15,708 nt of DNA from Methanotrichaceae archaeon (lineage in GTDB: Archaea; Halobacteriota; Methanosarcinia; Methanotrichales; Methanotrichaceae), in assembly GCA_963803145.1 (NCBI GenBank), contig CAWDLW010000003.1, positions 1-15,708 on the forward strand. The letters are read 5' to 3'. The position numbers and the translations under genes were made by a program. Below, in pieces: positions 15,294 to 15,708 of this stretch. The first letter of the stretch is position 1. Every line of letters begins with the position of its first letter. The notes under the pieces are model-generated. The model saw nothing but the letters and a program-made list of their open reading frames with translations. It ran no database searches and was not told the origin of the DNA.

Positions 15294-15708
15294 ATGATAA
15301 ACGAAAGAGACAGGCTCCGGGAGCTTCTGCAGACGAAGGCGCTTGAGGTACGAGATGTCGTTCTATCTTCAGGGAAAAAGAGCAATTACTATATCGACTG
15401 CAAGAGGGTCACACTTAGCCCTGAAGGGGCTTATTTGACTGCCAAGATTATGCTTGATATGATCCGGCCGGAAATCTCCGCGGTTGGCGGGCTCACACTT
15501 GGCGCGGATCCTATTGTCTCATCGATAGCAATTCTCAGTCACATCCAGGGAAGAAACTTGCCCGCGCTGATAGTAAGAAAGGAGCCGAAGAAGCACGGAA
15601 CAATGAGCTTTGTGGAAGGCCCTCCATTGGAGAAAGACGCCAAGATCGCAGTAGTTGAGGATGTGGTCACCACGGGCGCATCCATTCTTAAAGCAATAAA
15701 ACGTGTTG
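15294..15708 (+). CDS. pyrE: Orotate phosphoribosyltransferase (partial, runs off the window end)
   Basis: GAGGTG RBS, then ATG 15294: MINERDRLRELL..LSSGKKSNYYIDCK..GGLTLGADPI..VRKEPKKHG..VVEDVVTTGASI (PRPP-binding motif). Not in the ORF track. Confidence 0.95.
   Translation, partial: MINERDRLRELLQTKALEVRDVVLSSGKKSNYYIDCKRVTLSPEGAYLTAKIMLDMIRPEISAVGGLTLGADPIVSSIAILSHIQGRNLPALIVRKEPKKHGTMSFVEGPPLEKDAKIAVVEDVVTTGASILKAIKRV

Noticed and set aside
12943-15385. Short alternative-frame and antisense ORFs inside lysS, the phosphoesterase and pyrE
   Set aside because: They overlap well-supported genes and show no independent coding signal.

Overview
Archaeal (methanogen) DNA, most likely Methanothrix/Methanotrichaceae-like. 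This is inferred from the class I LysRS, a secreted multi-DUF11 protein and a TPR protein ending in AAFAKAKELG. The left ~9 kb is an AT-richer accessory/cell-surface region. It holds a multiply frameshifted secreted-protein gene (1-450), a large secreted DUF11-repeat protein and a 1.5-kb spacer with remnants (an orphan TPR 3' end, a possible IS end, a 13-bp palindrome, a small AbrB-like ORF). It also holds a membrane-anchored ~16-TPR gene (4985-8671) cleanly split by a 1225-bp IS1-family element (5211-6435, 8-bp target duplication AAATCAAG). Removing the element restores a continuous 817-aa ORF. The right part is core genome: a hypothetical helical protein, lysA, an inserted FitA/VapC toxin-antitoxin pair, dCMP deaminase, and a lysS-nucleoside deoxyribosyltransferase-metallophosphoesterase-pyrE operon. 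I see no unambiguous new multi-gene system. The best leads are the IS/TPR junction, the evolving TPR array, the atypical transposase frameshift site and a possible nucleotide-sanitisation cluster.
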